Shown: one piece after another, positions 24,932 to 38,080 of the stretch | How positions within the stretch are numbered: position 1 is the first letter of the stretch | How the letters are laid out: each line of letters opens with the position of its first letter | From: Perna viridis | Lineage: Eukaryota | Assembly (NCBI GenBank): GCA_037379345.1 | Contig: CM074518.1 | Location: 3,224,001 to 3,288,000, forward strand | Direction: 5' to 3' | DNA: 64,000 nucleotides | Notes under the pieces: generated by a model | What the model was told of the DNA's origin: nothing | The model's input: the letters and a program-made list of their open reading frames with translations, nothing else | The model's database searches: none | Translations under genes and position numbers: made by a program

Positions 24932-26595
24932 GTAAGTTGACTAATCAAATCAGTTGATAATTTTGTGGTTTAGCACCTGTTGTAGATCAGGTAAGGACAT
25001 AAATATAATACACCTGTATAATTTTACGTGCATCTATATTGACAATTTTGAGTCCAGAAATAATGTCTCATTAAAATATAGCTTGTTATGTGGGCAGATA
25101 ATATGCTAGAAGCCATGAATTCTCCAACTCAGTACATGCACTCTACAGTATCCAGTAACAGATTTGATATACCTAAAATTTATCCAACTTTGACAAGATA
25201 CTAAATATTTCAACCCATGCATTCACATGTAGGCTGTTTGTTTTCCACAAATGTCCCTGATTAAGAGAAATGATCTGCACCATAAACAATGTACAACAAT
25301 GCCAATGTAGGATTAATTATGGTATGTGTTGCCTTCAAGTCTTATAAAGTGTTAATGCACAGGGTATAATTGAATAATTAAATGGATGAAGTGGTCAGAG
25401 GTGTTTATTTCCCTTACATGGAGTGTTGTAGATTGTAAAGCAATCACTGGGATTAGAAGGGTCCTTCAAAGCACTTGGATGATGCCGATCATAATCTCTA
25501 GGACTCTTGATATGTTTGGTGTTGTCAATGTTTGAATGTCATTGAGGATGTGATTTTATCATTCTTCAGAGAGTGCTTTGGCTTTGAATCACAATAAATT
25601 TGATTTTTACTTTGACTCTGAAGTAACAGTATTATAGTGATTAAGTTAACTCATAGTTTATCAGACTCTAGGCTGCGTTATTGAACATACATACTTGTAT
25701 TGAGTATGGTGAAATTAATTTTCCTACTCTAATGCTTCTTAATCCTGTAGGTTTTGAAGTATGGTAAGAAGTAATCGATTGTCTGCCCAATAATATCTTC
25801 TTAGTAGTCTGTGTTAACATGTTTTAAAAAGAGTTAACATGATTTTAAAAGAATAGTGGTTTTACTTTGTAGACGCTTTTAAAGAAGTAGGAATGTTTGA
25901 TCAGGTACATTAACATGTATTTATTCTTGATAAATAACACTTTGATTCATTGGTAAGTTGCATGAATATTATAGCTTCTTTAAAGCTAAATATTTACTTG
26001 AGCTGAATCTTCATCATATTTCTAAAGGATGCATATTCAAAGAAATGAAAATCCATGATTTGTTGCAAGAATTGAAATTCAGCTTCTAATAAGAATCAAG
26101 AGGACACTGATTCCCCTGCTATCATAGACATATCTAAAGATTCATCTGCATACAGTATACTATATATCTAAAATTTGTAAAATATTTGCAGACATCTGTC
26201 ACATTTGTCTATTAGTCTGTGGCTGTACAGTTAGTTGCTGTGTCCCTGTGGGCTGGTTTCTGTCTGAGTAGTTCATTTTATCTGTCATACTATCCTGCTT
26301 TGTGAAGAAACATAGGCTCGACTTATGTTTCTCATCTCTTACTTTCCTCATTTGAAAAGTAATTTTATGACACCAAGAAGGCTAGGAAAGTTGCTTGGAT
26401 TATAGTCAGAATTGACAGTTTCTAAAATTCTCATCCCTTAAAGTATGTGTATACATGTACATTTAGTTCAGGGAGAAGATGCAGTAAGTGTGTTGTTGTT
26501 TTGTTGTTCTACTTTTAGCACCATTTTTAATTTTAAAGATCAGTTAAAAAGTTTGATGGCTAGAAAAAGGCATTGTAAGAATACAACTGTAGACT

Positions 26596-26692
26596 GTTGA
26601 CCACTCTTAGACAGGTTAAAATTATTGACCACCCATAGACAGGTTAAACTATTGACCACCCTTAGGCAGGTTAAACTATTGACCACCCTTAG
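26596..26692. repeat. 27-bp tandem repeat, ~3.5 copies
   Basis: TTGACCACYCTTAGRCAGGTTAAA repeated. Confidence 0.9.
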
Positions 26693-28625
26693 TGTCCACA
26701 TCAGGTCAACTTTGTATGTCTTCAGATATTACAGAACTTTGAAAGGTTCTTTGAAATTAGAAGATAACATGGGTACCCATTGTACATTTAACTGCAGATT
26801 ATGTCCCAATACATTGAATGATACATATTTTAGTAATGTGGGTAATGTTGATTTTTTGGGTGTTTGATTTATCAAAATACCTTATGTTGCCAGTTTATGC
26901 CTGGAACTTCCCTACTTTTTCTGATCACTATACAAAAATATGGTCCAAATGTAATCCATTTTATATCATCCAATAATCTTTTATGACCTGTAAATATGTT
27001 TCTGGCAATTATTCATCTTAATATTCTATTATTTCTGTAAATAAAATTAAGATCTATTCTTTAAATGAACTGATGATATGAGGGACTACTTTTTTTATGT
27101 TTTGTAATATTAATATTAGCATTTAGGGAATGAAGTTCTTGCAATAATGTGTGAAGAAGCATTAAATGTGCTAAGCATGTTCCATTTAATACAATTATCC
27201 GACAAAATATTCATCCTATCATCAGTATTTTATGGTTAATAAACAGGAAGTGAAGAGCAGTGATTTTAACCAAGTAAAATTGGCGGTAAAATTCAAATTG
27301 ATAGAAAGTGTCTGGTTTTTAAAAATCTTGATATATTGATCAGGGATTTTACTGTCTTAAGCTGAAATCAGTTGTCATTGGAGTATAATTACAGTTTAGG
27401 ATAATACTCTGTTGAAATACTTTCGAATGTGATTGCAAATTAACTTTTGGACAGTTAAAAAATTGGGAAAAGGTGAAATTGAACAAAATTTGTAAATGTG
27501 TATGAATACTGTTTAACTATCAATGAGAGTTTTTACTTTAGAAATTGGTATTTGATTGGTATTCAGATTATACATATCGGGAAAAAATATTTTAAAATAA
27601 TATTGGAAATGCATATGTATGATTATAGTTTTATTTAACATCATGTAATTTTTAATTTTTGTTCTTGCTACAATTTTCGCAAGAATCAGAAACCCACAGT
27701 GCTCACAGCACTTAGATTGTGCCTGACCTTTCACTTTCAAGAACATTTTAAAATATGATATCAACAGCTGTGGTAATATCCATGTTTTTACTAGGCATTT
27801 CCCCAAACTTGTGTTTTACCAGGTTGGTATCAGGTATGGACAAGACCTTAAGTATCTTAAGTAAGATTATATTTAAATCTGGTAAAAAGTAATATTTTTT
27901 CTGGCTTTAAGTTTTTTTCACAAATTTTGTAGTATGTATTTTCCAGAATAACATTTTGCTCTTAGTTTCTTGATCTTCGCATTTACTTAATGTAGTTTTT
28001 AACTGAATTCAATTAAGCTCAGATCATCATTCTAGATACTGACCTCTCAAGCCAATTTTGAAAGTTGCCTTGTGATCAGAAATGTTTTTTTTACAAGCAC
28101 ATGTTACAGTGACCTTGACTTTCTTATAAATAATTAATTACTCAATATTACCAGTGTGTTTTCCAATAAACAAATATATTGCTAGTATGTAGGTGCAGAT
28201 CGTCAAAAACTTTTCTATTCTTTGGCATCTGTACAAATAGAAGGGAAGTAATGGCAATGTTTCTATGGCATTTTTACATTTTATAAATTGCTTGTTTTTC
28301 ACTCAGTTGTTTGCCAATAAATTGTTCTAAAAGAAGATCTGCTTAAATCTAGAGCATCATAAGTCAAATTATCATTGAAAAAAAGCTTCCTGCACCTCAT
28401 GATTTTTTATTTGAAAATTTGATGTTTAAATTGTCGTGTTCAAAGATTTTAAGAAAACAGTCTTCAAAATTATTTTAAAGTATGGAAGATAAATGTTGGT
28501 AAAAGGCCATTTATACATAGGAACTGTACAGTTTTGGCTACTCATTGAAAATCAACGATTGTGCCAACTTATAAAAGTCAGTGTGGAGAAAAGATGAATA
28601 AACTGAATTAACAAAATTAATGTGA

Positions 28626-28770
28626 TTCAATCTCCTAGCACAGAGATACATACATTTTTTGCTTCAATCTCCTAGCACAGAGATACATACATTTTTTGCT
28701 TCAATCTCCTAGCACAGAGATACATACATTTTTTGCTTCAATCTCCTAGCACAGAGATACATACATTTTT
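28626..28770. repeat. 37-bp tandem repeat, ~4 copies
   Basis: TTCAATCTCCTAGCACAGAGATACATACATTTTTTGC repeated almost perfectly. Confidence 0.95.
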
Positions 28771-29587
28771 ATCTGAACTCATGTCAAAAAGGTTATTATA
28801 CAGTTTATTGTACAACACATGAAAATTTTGTAACAGCCTTCGTGGCACTGAAAACCACTATTGGACTCATTACACAGTTCATGCAAGATAGATTTACTAA
28901 AACAATATTTTTTGTATTATTCATTTAACAGTATCAATACTTATTTATTGTACAGCTACCATGAAAAATATATTTAGAGTAACTGCCTCAACAAAAAATT
29001 GTGAGCAGTACTTAACAATGAGGCACAATTTTTGTTTGATCTATTTTTTGCCTCTAGTTTTGAAAACACATGGTTATTCTGGTTAGTAACTATGGTTACA
29101 CCCGGATGTACATGACAGAACAGTAATGGAGGATTACATGTCATTAACCAGTTTTTCATTGGTTTATATATAAGTACATGCACATATATATACAAGTATA
29201 TGAAATTTGACATTTGAGGAAGAAATTATTATTGGGGTTCAAAACTTGAAATTGTTGATTCTGTGGTTACTTCCTCCTAAAACTTGAGGTTGAATCTGCC
29301 AGTAGTTGATAGTACAATGACCCTAACATTAATTGGATGATAATTACACCATATAATGTATACAAGTACTTTCTGACATACCACAATTAACTTATAACCC
29401 AGTTAACATTGACTTGATATGATAATGGTTCCTTCCCTCACCAGTCAGAGAATTCTGTAATAAGCATATACATGAACAACAACTTTGTATATAGTACACA
29501 TGTATTACATTAAGGGGGAGGGGGCAAGGGGGGGGGGGCTCACAAAAAAACCGTTGTTAAACACTTTTATGCATGTAATTCATGGTA

Positions 29588-29749
29588 TACTGTAAACATA
29601 TTCACTTTAGGTGTTACTAATTGTCGTGGATTCTGTCAAGTGAACATATTTGAAGGTATCAATTTTCATGGTTTTTGAATAATAGATTTTGCAGGTACAA
29701 TTTTTTCACAGTTTTCTGTCCACTGCAAAAATTAATACATTTACAATAT
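29588..29749. mobile_element. Degenerate TA-flanked MITE (TACTGTA...TACARTA termini)
   Basis: TACTGTAAACATATT at the left and AATACATTTACAATA at the right. Confidence 0.4.
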
Positions 29750-31171
29750 ACACACAAAAATATGTTATTTACATAAATTTTCAAATTCATAAAGGGGAAG
29801 GGGGCCTTGAATCCATGAGGTTATATAATATCTTGAAAAACACATGAGAAATTCTTAGTACTCTATATTTTTATGCCACAATATCGGGAAGTGATGGAAC
29901 CTTACATTAATCACTTTGGAATCAGTGAAGGGAATGCTAATTTTACCTTTCACTTTATCAGGGATACTAACAAAAATCCTTCTGTTTATTTTTGCCTTAT
30001 TAAGTCTGTTTTAAGATTCATAAATGTTTTAATTATTGCCTAAGTTGAAGAATTAAAACATAATCATGTTCACAAACTTTTGCATGAAGAATTACTTTAA
30101 ACATGTAATTTTTTACCGTTATGGGAGATAAAAAGAAATATTCTCCAAAACAAGGAGGGATTATGTTTACCATCTTTATTTCATGCAGAATGATTTCTTG
30201 TGTTATATTTTAGAAAAACTGTCAAAAACAAGAAAAGAAGTCTGAATTATAGAAATGACATAATTCTTATGCCTACAAGAAATAAATGGGGAAAGCCTCT
30301 ACAATTACAGGGTCGTGGGGTTTAAATATGCATATGATGTAATGATAATGGTTATGTTCATTCAATAGGAAGCTAAAGACCTTTCCTTTTCTTTATCATT
30401 TCCTATTTTTGTCCCACCACAGAAATTTGATTCATGTGTAAAATCGATGACAACGTTACTTGTGTGTGAACATGTTGGATTAGTATCTTTTTATCAGTAA
30501 GGAGATTCTGATTTGGATATTTTATTGCCTTTGAACATGTTTAATGTTTATCTTTATAAGGTTCTAGATAGTGGACAGAATTAAACAGGTTAGTCAGAGT
30601 TAATGGCAGTCAAGGGAGATAAACCTTATCACATATAATTGGACATTGAATACTATATGTTGCTAATAAGGATGGATCTTTGTAAATAAGTACATGTTTT
30701 GAGATGGAGGGTAACAGTCAATTCAGTTCATAAATATATATTCTATAATTACTGTAGTCTGCAAAGAATTTTCTGTCTTTCTTGATAGCAGGGGCTATAG
30801 AAAGTAGCTTTTTGTTTGACTGTAATTGGTTTCCACTGACTGAATTTAAAGGTACTTACACAGTTGGGTGACTTTGTGAGGTCAGTAAGTCAAAGATCAA
30901 GGACATCATTACTAAATAGGGATTTTGGCACTTTTGTTTTTTTTGTCCACATTTTGTAAGGCAGATGCTCTACTGTACATGTAATTTTACCGTACATTTT
31001 TATTGTACTAATTGACAGAAACCAAAACATAAAAGTTTTACTCATGAAAAAATGCAGTAACACCTCTTATCCATACCAAAAGTAAAAAAAAAAAATGAAT
31101 ACCCTCTGATATGGTCATTTGACAGAATTAATGGAAATTAACAAGTGTGATTTTTGGCATGTTTACAGCTT

Positions 31172-31716
31172 ACAAAGAGTAATCAAGGGAACCAAGATTC
31201 TGGTGGAAATCAAAAGAATGTAATCCAGACCAGACATGGGAAACAGACAAACAGGATAAAGAACATAAAATAACTATAATAATACATACAATGTAACAAA
31301 AGTAAATGAGCAACTCGGACTCCACTTAAAACTAGGAGCATGGACCAGGTGCACTGGTAGGGTAAGCGTCCTCTGCTTTTCTAGAAACATCGCCTGAGTT
31401 GTTCATAAAGCTACAAGTCTGGGGTAGATGAAAGGGGAAAGGAAAATTATGACATGTTGACCAAATCAGTTTTCATGGTGCAGATGGATACACTGTAACA
31501 ATCCACAAGTATATGATGACAACCATAAAACTTTTGTAGTGATGATTTCAATCTTGTAGCAACATAACCCTGTTCCAGAAGCCCAATTGTAAGAAGTCTA
31601 GTGCAATACAAAAAGTCTGTGTAGCTACAGCAAGCTCTGGCATAACATATGAGTTGTGATATGAAAACTCCATACACAGGTGCTGAAGGGATGTTGCCAC
31701 AGATGAAAGGAAAAGT
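31172..31716 (-). mobile_element. 5'-truncated Penelope-like element (RT C-terminus plus 3' UTR), CpG-decayed
   Basis: FPFICGNIPSAPVYGVFISQLICYARAC...KFYGCHHILVDCY. Colinear with 3063-3393 and 22140-22395. Confidence 0.85.
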
Positions 31717-31787
31717 TTGAACTGTTGTTATATTTCTACCTAACAAAACATCTTGATAGCAAAATTGGTTTATTTCAATGGTCTGTT

Positions 31788-31952
31788 GAATAATGCTTTC
31801 AGGCACACAATCTGCACAATAATGCTTTCAGGCACTCAATCTGCTCAATAATGCTTTCAGGCACTCAATCTGCACAATAATGCTTTCAGGCATACAATCT
31901 GTAGAATAATGCTTTCAGGCACTCAATCTGTAGAATAATGCTTTCAGGCACA
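31788..31952. repeat. 29-bp minisatellite, ~5.5 copies
   Basis: AATAATGCTTTCAGGCACTCAATCTGCAC repeated. Confidence 0.95.
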
Positions 31953-34036
31953 CATTAGCACCAGCAATTTCAACACATACAGTAACCCTATACAGGATTG
32001 TTGTCACAGTTATATTCTTAACTTAATTGCTCAGATCATTTTGGTCAAAGTCCATAATGTGCTTCATTAAAAAGGATATTTTGCTTACCATTCCATTGCA
32101 TGACTTCGTGCATTTTTGTATAGTTAAATAGTTAAGAGAACCTTGTTTCATGATGGTACTAATACATGAAAATGCATGCTGGTAGATGCATGGTAAACAT
32201 AACTGTTACTGGATTATACTGATTCAACTTTCTATATTTTGTTCTTTGAAAGAGGTCATTCTACAATTACCCCTTTTGTTGCTGTTTCAGGGACTTTCGT
32301 TAATTGATTCTTTGTATAAACAGAATGACTGCATTGCCTTTTTTCTGATGTAGTTTTGATCTACTATGCTTTACACCTGTGTAATAAAATTTGATTTACC
32401 TAATTTGCACAACAATAAGAAAACTACCTGCCGGCAAAATCCTATGGAGTTACTAGCCTTTGATGACAATATAAAGATCATTATACATTTGTCATTTCAA
32501 TTTTTACCTGTGACAACAAAAACTAATAGAACACTTTTTATGAAGACATTGAATAATGGAATGAAGAAATATGCCCAAGTAGTTTAGTAACCAGTAAAAC
32601 TGATGGAAAGAACTGATATTGAAAAAAAATATATTCTATCCTGCTTATTTTATGATGTTTCCTGGTTTTGAAATTAGTAGGGGCTCATTCTCCAATGGCC
32701 CTAAAATTTGGTGTGGGCTATTAAAATTTCTAATGTAATTGTTTAGAATTACTTATGTTGGCTACCAAAATTTAGTCTGTGGGCTACTTAGGCAGAATGT
32801 GTTTCCATTCAATATTTAATAAACAGTATACCTTGATGATATTTGTTTTTTGAGGTACCAGTTTTTGTTTATCTCAAACTACTGCTTACATTATTTCTGA
32901 ATTAGGTCCTACGGTAACTAACTGCTTAGGAATGTGTCACCAAGAGCCAGTTGAGCATGAGGTATGGGAAATTACCTCTGTATGCTTGTTTCTAGTGACT
33001 CGGGATATGTGTGTAGGTTAAGACTCTTTTGCTCATATGTGGCAAAGTAACTCCAAATAAAATTTCAACAATTTAAGAATAACAGTAGCCAAAAGTAACC
33101 AAAATATAAAAGGCACAATTAAGATTGTCTCAGTTTTTTTCTATAATGTTTTAAATTTTCAAATTTAACATTTTCCAAATTCACTAAATACAAATCTGAA
33201 TGAATGTTGATAAAATCCAGAAGGTTATGTTTCAATCCAGCGAGTACTTGAATCTGATCCTTGGAAGTCTGATGAATCAGTAATGTTTGCAGATAGCTGG
33301 TCATGGATGATTCAGAGTGACTGTAGGTTCTACTGTATTCCGTCTGTACTATTGTTCTAAAGTTAACTTAACTGTCTCTCTTGCTCACTGTTACTGTTTC
33401 TTACTCTATTCTTGTTTCATTTCTTCAGTCTATTTATTGCCCAAAACTAACAATCACTCTTATTAAGCAATTGAACAATAATAATCAAAAGAGAGTAACT
33501 TTAAGCATATGTGACATTTGACATCTCAGGTCTAGTTCCATAATTGCTTACAAAAATAATATAGACGAGAAGAATGAAAAATAATTCACAAAATTTCTGC
33601 AAAAATGTTAAAAACTTGTGCAATGAGTTTTGCACCTATGACAATTGTATTACTTTAAACCCTTGAATTTTGTTGACAGTTTTATTTTTTGCATTTTGTT
33701 GCAGTAAGGCCCGCAAGGCAAAAATTAAATTGTCCTGAATGTTTTCGTCAAAGAACATTATAACACAATCTGAGGAACAATTGCAATTTTAAAACTGTGT
33801 GGAAGAAGATTGGTCACATGATTAAAAGATGGTGGGAAAATTTCCTGATTTGATTCTGCAGTATTTAGTGTGACATTAATAGGGACTTTATACTGTTGGT
33901 GCCAGATTAGAGACTATTCTTGAGCAAGGGCAGCATGTTAATCGATTTGTGATTTAATGAACCATTCTGGAATCTAGTCTTGTTTTGGACATGTCATGGC
34001 TCATAGACACCTTCTTTAATGAAAACTTTATTGTTC

Positions 34037-35018
34037 ATTTGATAGTAGTTCAGGGCTATTTAGGCAACTGGTCTGTATTAAGCCATTTGATAGTTCAGGG
34101 GCCATTTAGGGAACTGGTCTGTATTAAACCATTTGATAGCTCGAGGGCCATGTAGGGAGCTGGTCTGTATTAAGCCATTTGATAGTTCAGGGACCATTTA
34201 GGGAGCTGGTCTATATTAAGCCATTTGATAGTTCAGGGACCATAAAGGTAACTGGTCTGTATTCAGCCATTTGATAGCTCAAGGGCCATGTAGGGAGTTG
34301 GTCTGTATTAAGCCATTTGATAGCTCAGAGGCCATTTAGGGAGCTGGTCTGTATTAAGCCATCTGATAGTTCATGGGCCATTAAGGGAGCTAGTCTGTAT
34401 TTAGCCATTTGATAGTTCAGGGGCCATAAAGGGAACTGGTCTGTATTAAGCCATTTGACAGTTCAGGGGCCATTTAGGGAGCTGGTCTATATTAAGCCAT
34501 TTGATAGCTCAGGGGCCATTTAGGGAGCTGGGCTGTATTAAGCCATTTGATAGCCCAGGGGCCATTTAGGGAGCTGGTCTGTATTAAGCCATTTGATAGT
34601 TCAGGGGCCATAAAGGGAACTGGTCTGTATTAAGCCATTTGATAGCTCGAGGGCCATGTAGGGAGCTGGTCTGTATTAAGCCATTTGATAGTTCAGGGGC
34701 CATAAAGGGAATGGTCTGTATTAAGCCATTTGATAGTTCAGGGGCCATAAAGGGAACTTGTCTGTATTAAGCCATTTGATAGTTCAAGGGCCATTTAAGG
34801 AGCTGGTCTGTATTAAGCCATTTGATAGCTCAAGGGCCATTTAGGGAGCTGGGCTGTATTAAGCCATTTGATAGCTCAGGGGCCATTTAGGCAGCTGGTC
34901 TGTATTAAGCCATTTGATAGTTCAAGGGCCATTTAAGGAGCTGGTCTGTATTAAGCCATTTGATTGCTCAAGGGCCATTTAGGGAGCTGGTCTGTATTAA
35001 GCCATTTATAGTTCAGGG
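34037..35018. repeat. 46-bp minisatellite, ~21 copies
   Basis: Unit ATTTGATAGTTCAGGGGCCATTTAGGGAGCTGGTCTGTATTAAGCC. GCCATTT occurs twice per unit. Confidence 0.97.
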
Positions 35019-37539
35019 ATTGTTCTTGAGATTGGACTGCGTCAGCCATATGTTTGCATTGGGTACAGTTCTTGAAACTTCTTCAATCAGAACTATTGGC
35101 CATTTAGAAGTTCACTGACAAATTGGGAAACTGATTTTGGAACACACTTTATGTTGACTTGAGGGTTTTGATTGTCACTTAATATAAACTTTGAATCATA
35201 AATATGTAATTGCAGCTTTTTTATATCTTATTATGTTGTGTACCTGTTTCAAAGTATATATAGTTGAAAAAAACATGAAGATGTGTTTTTAAAGGAAATT
35301 CAGTAGGTTGCGTTTGTAACTTAATACATTTTGTGTTGGTTTAAGATTAAGCTAAAACTTCAGTTGATATCTGCACATTATACCAGTGAAGCGGAAAAAT
35401 GTCCCCAAAATATGAGTAAGCTACAATAGACAGAAAACTTTTCTTGTTCAAGGGATCATATTTCACAAAGATTTTTATGATTTTTAAAAACCTGCAGAAT
35501 AATGTATTATGTATTTAACATCTAACAAAGAACTTGTAAAGTGAAGATATGAGTCAACTTTAACACTTTCATTCTGTTTAGATCTTGATCATCTTTAAGG
35601 ACATTTAATTCTCTTGTCTGCAAACAACAATATATTGACTGGTGTTTAGTGGATTTGAAGGCTCTTGGGGCAACATTGCAAACAGCGATAAGTGAGATTC
35701 AAACATTGAATGAAACTTTCTAATTGGTGGAAAGTTATAACATGAAAATGTTACTCTGTAATTATACTTGTAAACAATTAAAATGTTTTCAAATTGGAAG
35801 GTTTATGTTGAAATTATTATCAAAGTAACATTTGTAAGAGAATTTCAGTAAAAAAGAAAGAAGAAAGACAAATTTTGTTTGCATTTGTCTTCACTCACTT
35901 GTTTCATTCACATTTTTGTTTGTGTATTGTAATTCAATTCTTTTTTTTGCAGTTGGTTGTTTTAGAATTGCAATTTAATTTCACTCATTTTTAATTCTCT
36001 GTAGTATGTGTTTCATGATAAAGGGATTTATTTGCAGTCATTTATTTCCTCAGTTTTTCCTTGTTTGCTATATCAGCTAAAGGAAATTGTTAACAAAAAT
36101 GAGTTGGTTTAAAGTATTTTGTGATTATATGACTGTCTTAGAAGAGTTTTGTACAAATTAACTGATTGTAATAGTCTGATAATAGCTTGCTGTTAACTTA
36201 GTACCTCTCTTGTATTATTCATGTCCCACCAACACAGAGACTTCTTAAGTTATGTAAAGTGTCCATCTGGTTAAATTTAACTCCAAAAATCATTGTCTCA
36301 TTGACATTTTTCCAAATCTTTGTTTTACTACTTTGTTTTCTTAATAGTTAGAAAAGAATGAATTTAGCCACTGCTCAGTGTTTTTAGTTTGTCAACTATA
36401 ATTCATTGTTCAATATTGAGGGTCCTCTGTTTTGTATATATATGCACAACCATGAAGATATCTGTAATGTGACAATGTGCTCAGATGTGGCTGACAAATT
36501 GTTTGTTTCAGATTAAAATAGAGAGAACTTTCATAATGATAGCCTTGTTTGTTTTAGATGATGTTATTACAAAAAGAAGATGAGAGATGATTTGTTAAAA
36601 AGTTGATCAAGTTATATAAAAAATGTAAAGGTATGTACAATATTTTGCATGTGTATAATGTTTTAGATCCGTCCATCAGCGTCTTTCTTAGCATGTCATG
36701 GGCAAGATTGCATCTCCATTTCTTGGTGAATTGTTTGTATCTATAAGAGCTTGGATTGGGAGTTAAGTTGTATAGTATTCTCTTTTGAAAAATCAGTAAG
36801 GCTTTGCATAAGGGTATTAAAAATAATGAAAAAAATGCCCAGTAACACATCAGCAAAGTATATGTCAGTGTTCCTACCTAGATATGACCCAGTGGTCAAC
36901 TGCCTGGATAGTGCCATAAGGCAACACCACAAATAATATAACTGTTTTCTTAGAATTAGCTCAGTGATCACCAAAAAGGCATATTGAAATTACCTACCTA
37001 TTGGTGATTTTTTTCCATTCGTAATCAGTCAGGTAAGGCACCATCAAAATAGGTGCCTGATGTCAGGGTTTTCCTCAAAATAACTTAATGATCACCAAGA
37101 AGGCACATTAACAGTTACTAGTAGACAAGTATTTTTGTAATGTAAAATACATTCACCACAGATCCTAATTAATTAAGCGACTAATGTCTAGCATGATGAT
37201 AATCTGGTATAGCATTGTATAAAATTGAAGACAAATATTTAGGAACATTATCTGATTGTACTAAAATAGAAAGTAGTCATTACAATGGATCCTTGTTTGA
37301 CAATAGGTTGACTTGATTTGTATGGTGTTTTTATTATGAGTGCTTCACATTATTTAAAACCACTCCTTATTGACAAATTTATCTTAAGATTTATTGTTAC
37401 ATAATTTTTAAAGCATGCATTATGAACATAGAACAAGAGATTACCGATAGATAAATCCTTAATTCAACAAAACAATTGAAAATAGTGCAGGATTCATTTG
37501 TAAAATTTTTTTTCAATGGATTGAATATTTATTCTAGGT

Positions 37540-38080
37540 AGTCGTATCTCATGTAATTTGTTGATTTGGTTTATCTCCCTTTTACCAATATCTAGTTGCG
37601 ATATTGACTCAATGATTGTATACATGAAAATGATCAACAACCAGAGAAAAAGATAGAATATTATCCTCTTATTGATTCTTCCATTAAACAAAAGTCAACG
37701 TTCGTCCCACTGCTTCTGTTGATAATACACACTTCTGAACATGAGACGAAATGTCAATTGACGATTCCTCTTATGGAATTAAAACCAATATTAGGTCGAG
37801 GCTGAGTTAGAGAATTTGAGAGGAACTAGAGGTAAGAGAATTAATTGGGCTCTGTGATTGATACGTGGATTATTGGCAAACGGAAGTGTTGATATGATCT
37901 CTGTTCACTGAAGGGCTTATTTGTCTTTAAAAAATCATTAATACCAAATGATGAGTTTTTTTTCGTCAATTTTTGCGCTACATTTTGTCTATTGTTTATT
38001 AATTGAGCTGGAAGAACTAGGCTGGTTATCGGATCAAACTGTGATGAATTATTTATATCATATGACAAGGCACATCGTGG
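37540..38080 (+). promoter_or_regulatory. Candidate alternative BCL9 promoter/first exon or enhancer
   Basis: About 13 CpGs in ~540 bp of non-repetitive DNA within an otherwise CpG-poor intron. GAG|GTAAGA donor at 37832. ETS-like CGGAAGT at 37881. Confidence 0.4.

Noticed and set aside
34037-35018. Regularly spaced repeats (also 1459-2605 and 48943-49362) as a CRISPR array
   Set aside because: The units are contiguous with no unique spacers, there are no cas genes, and the context is eukaryotic.
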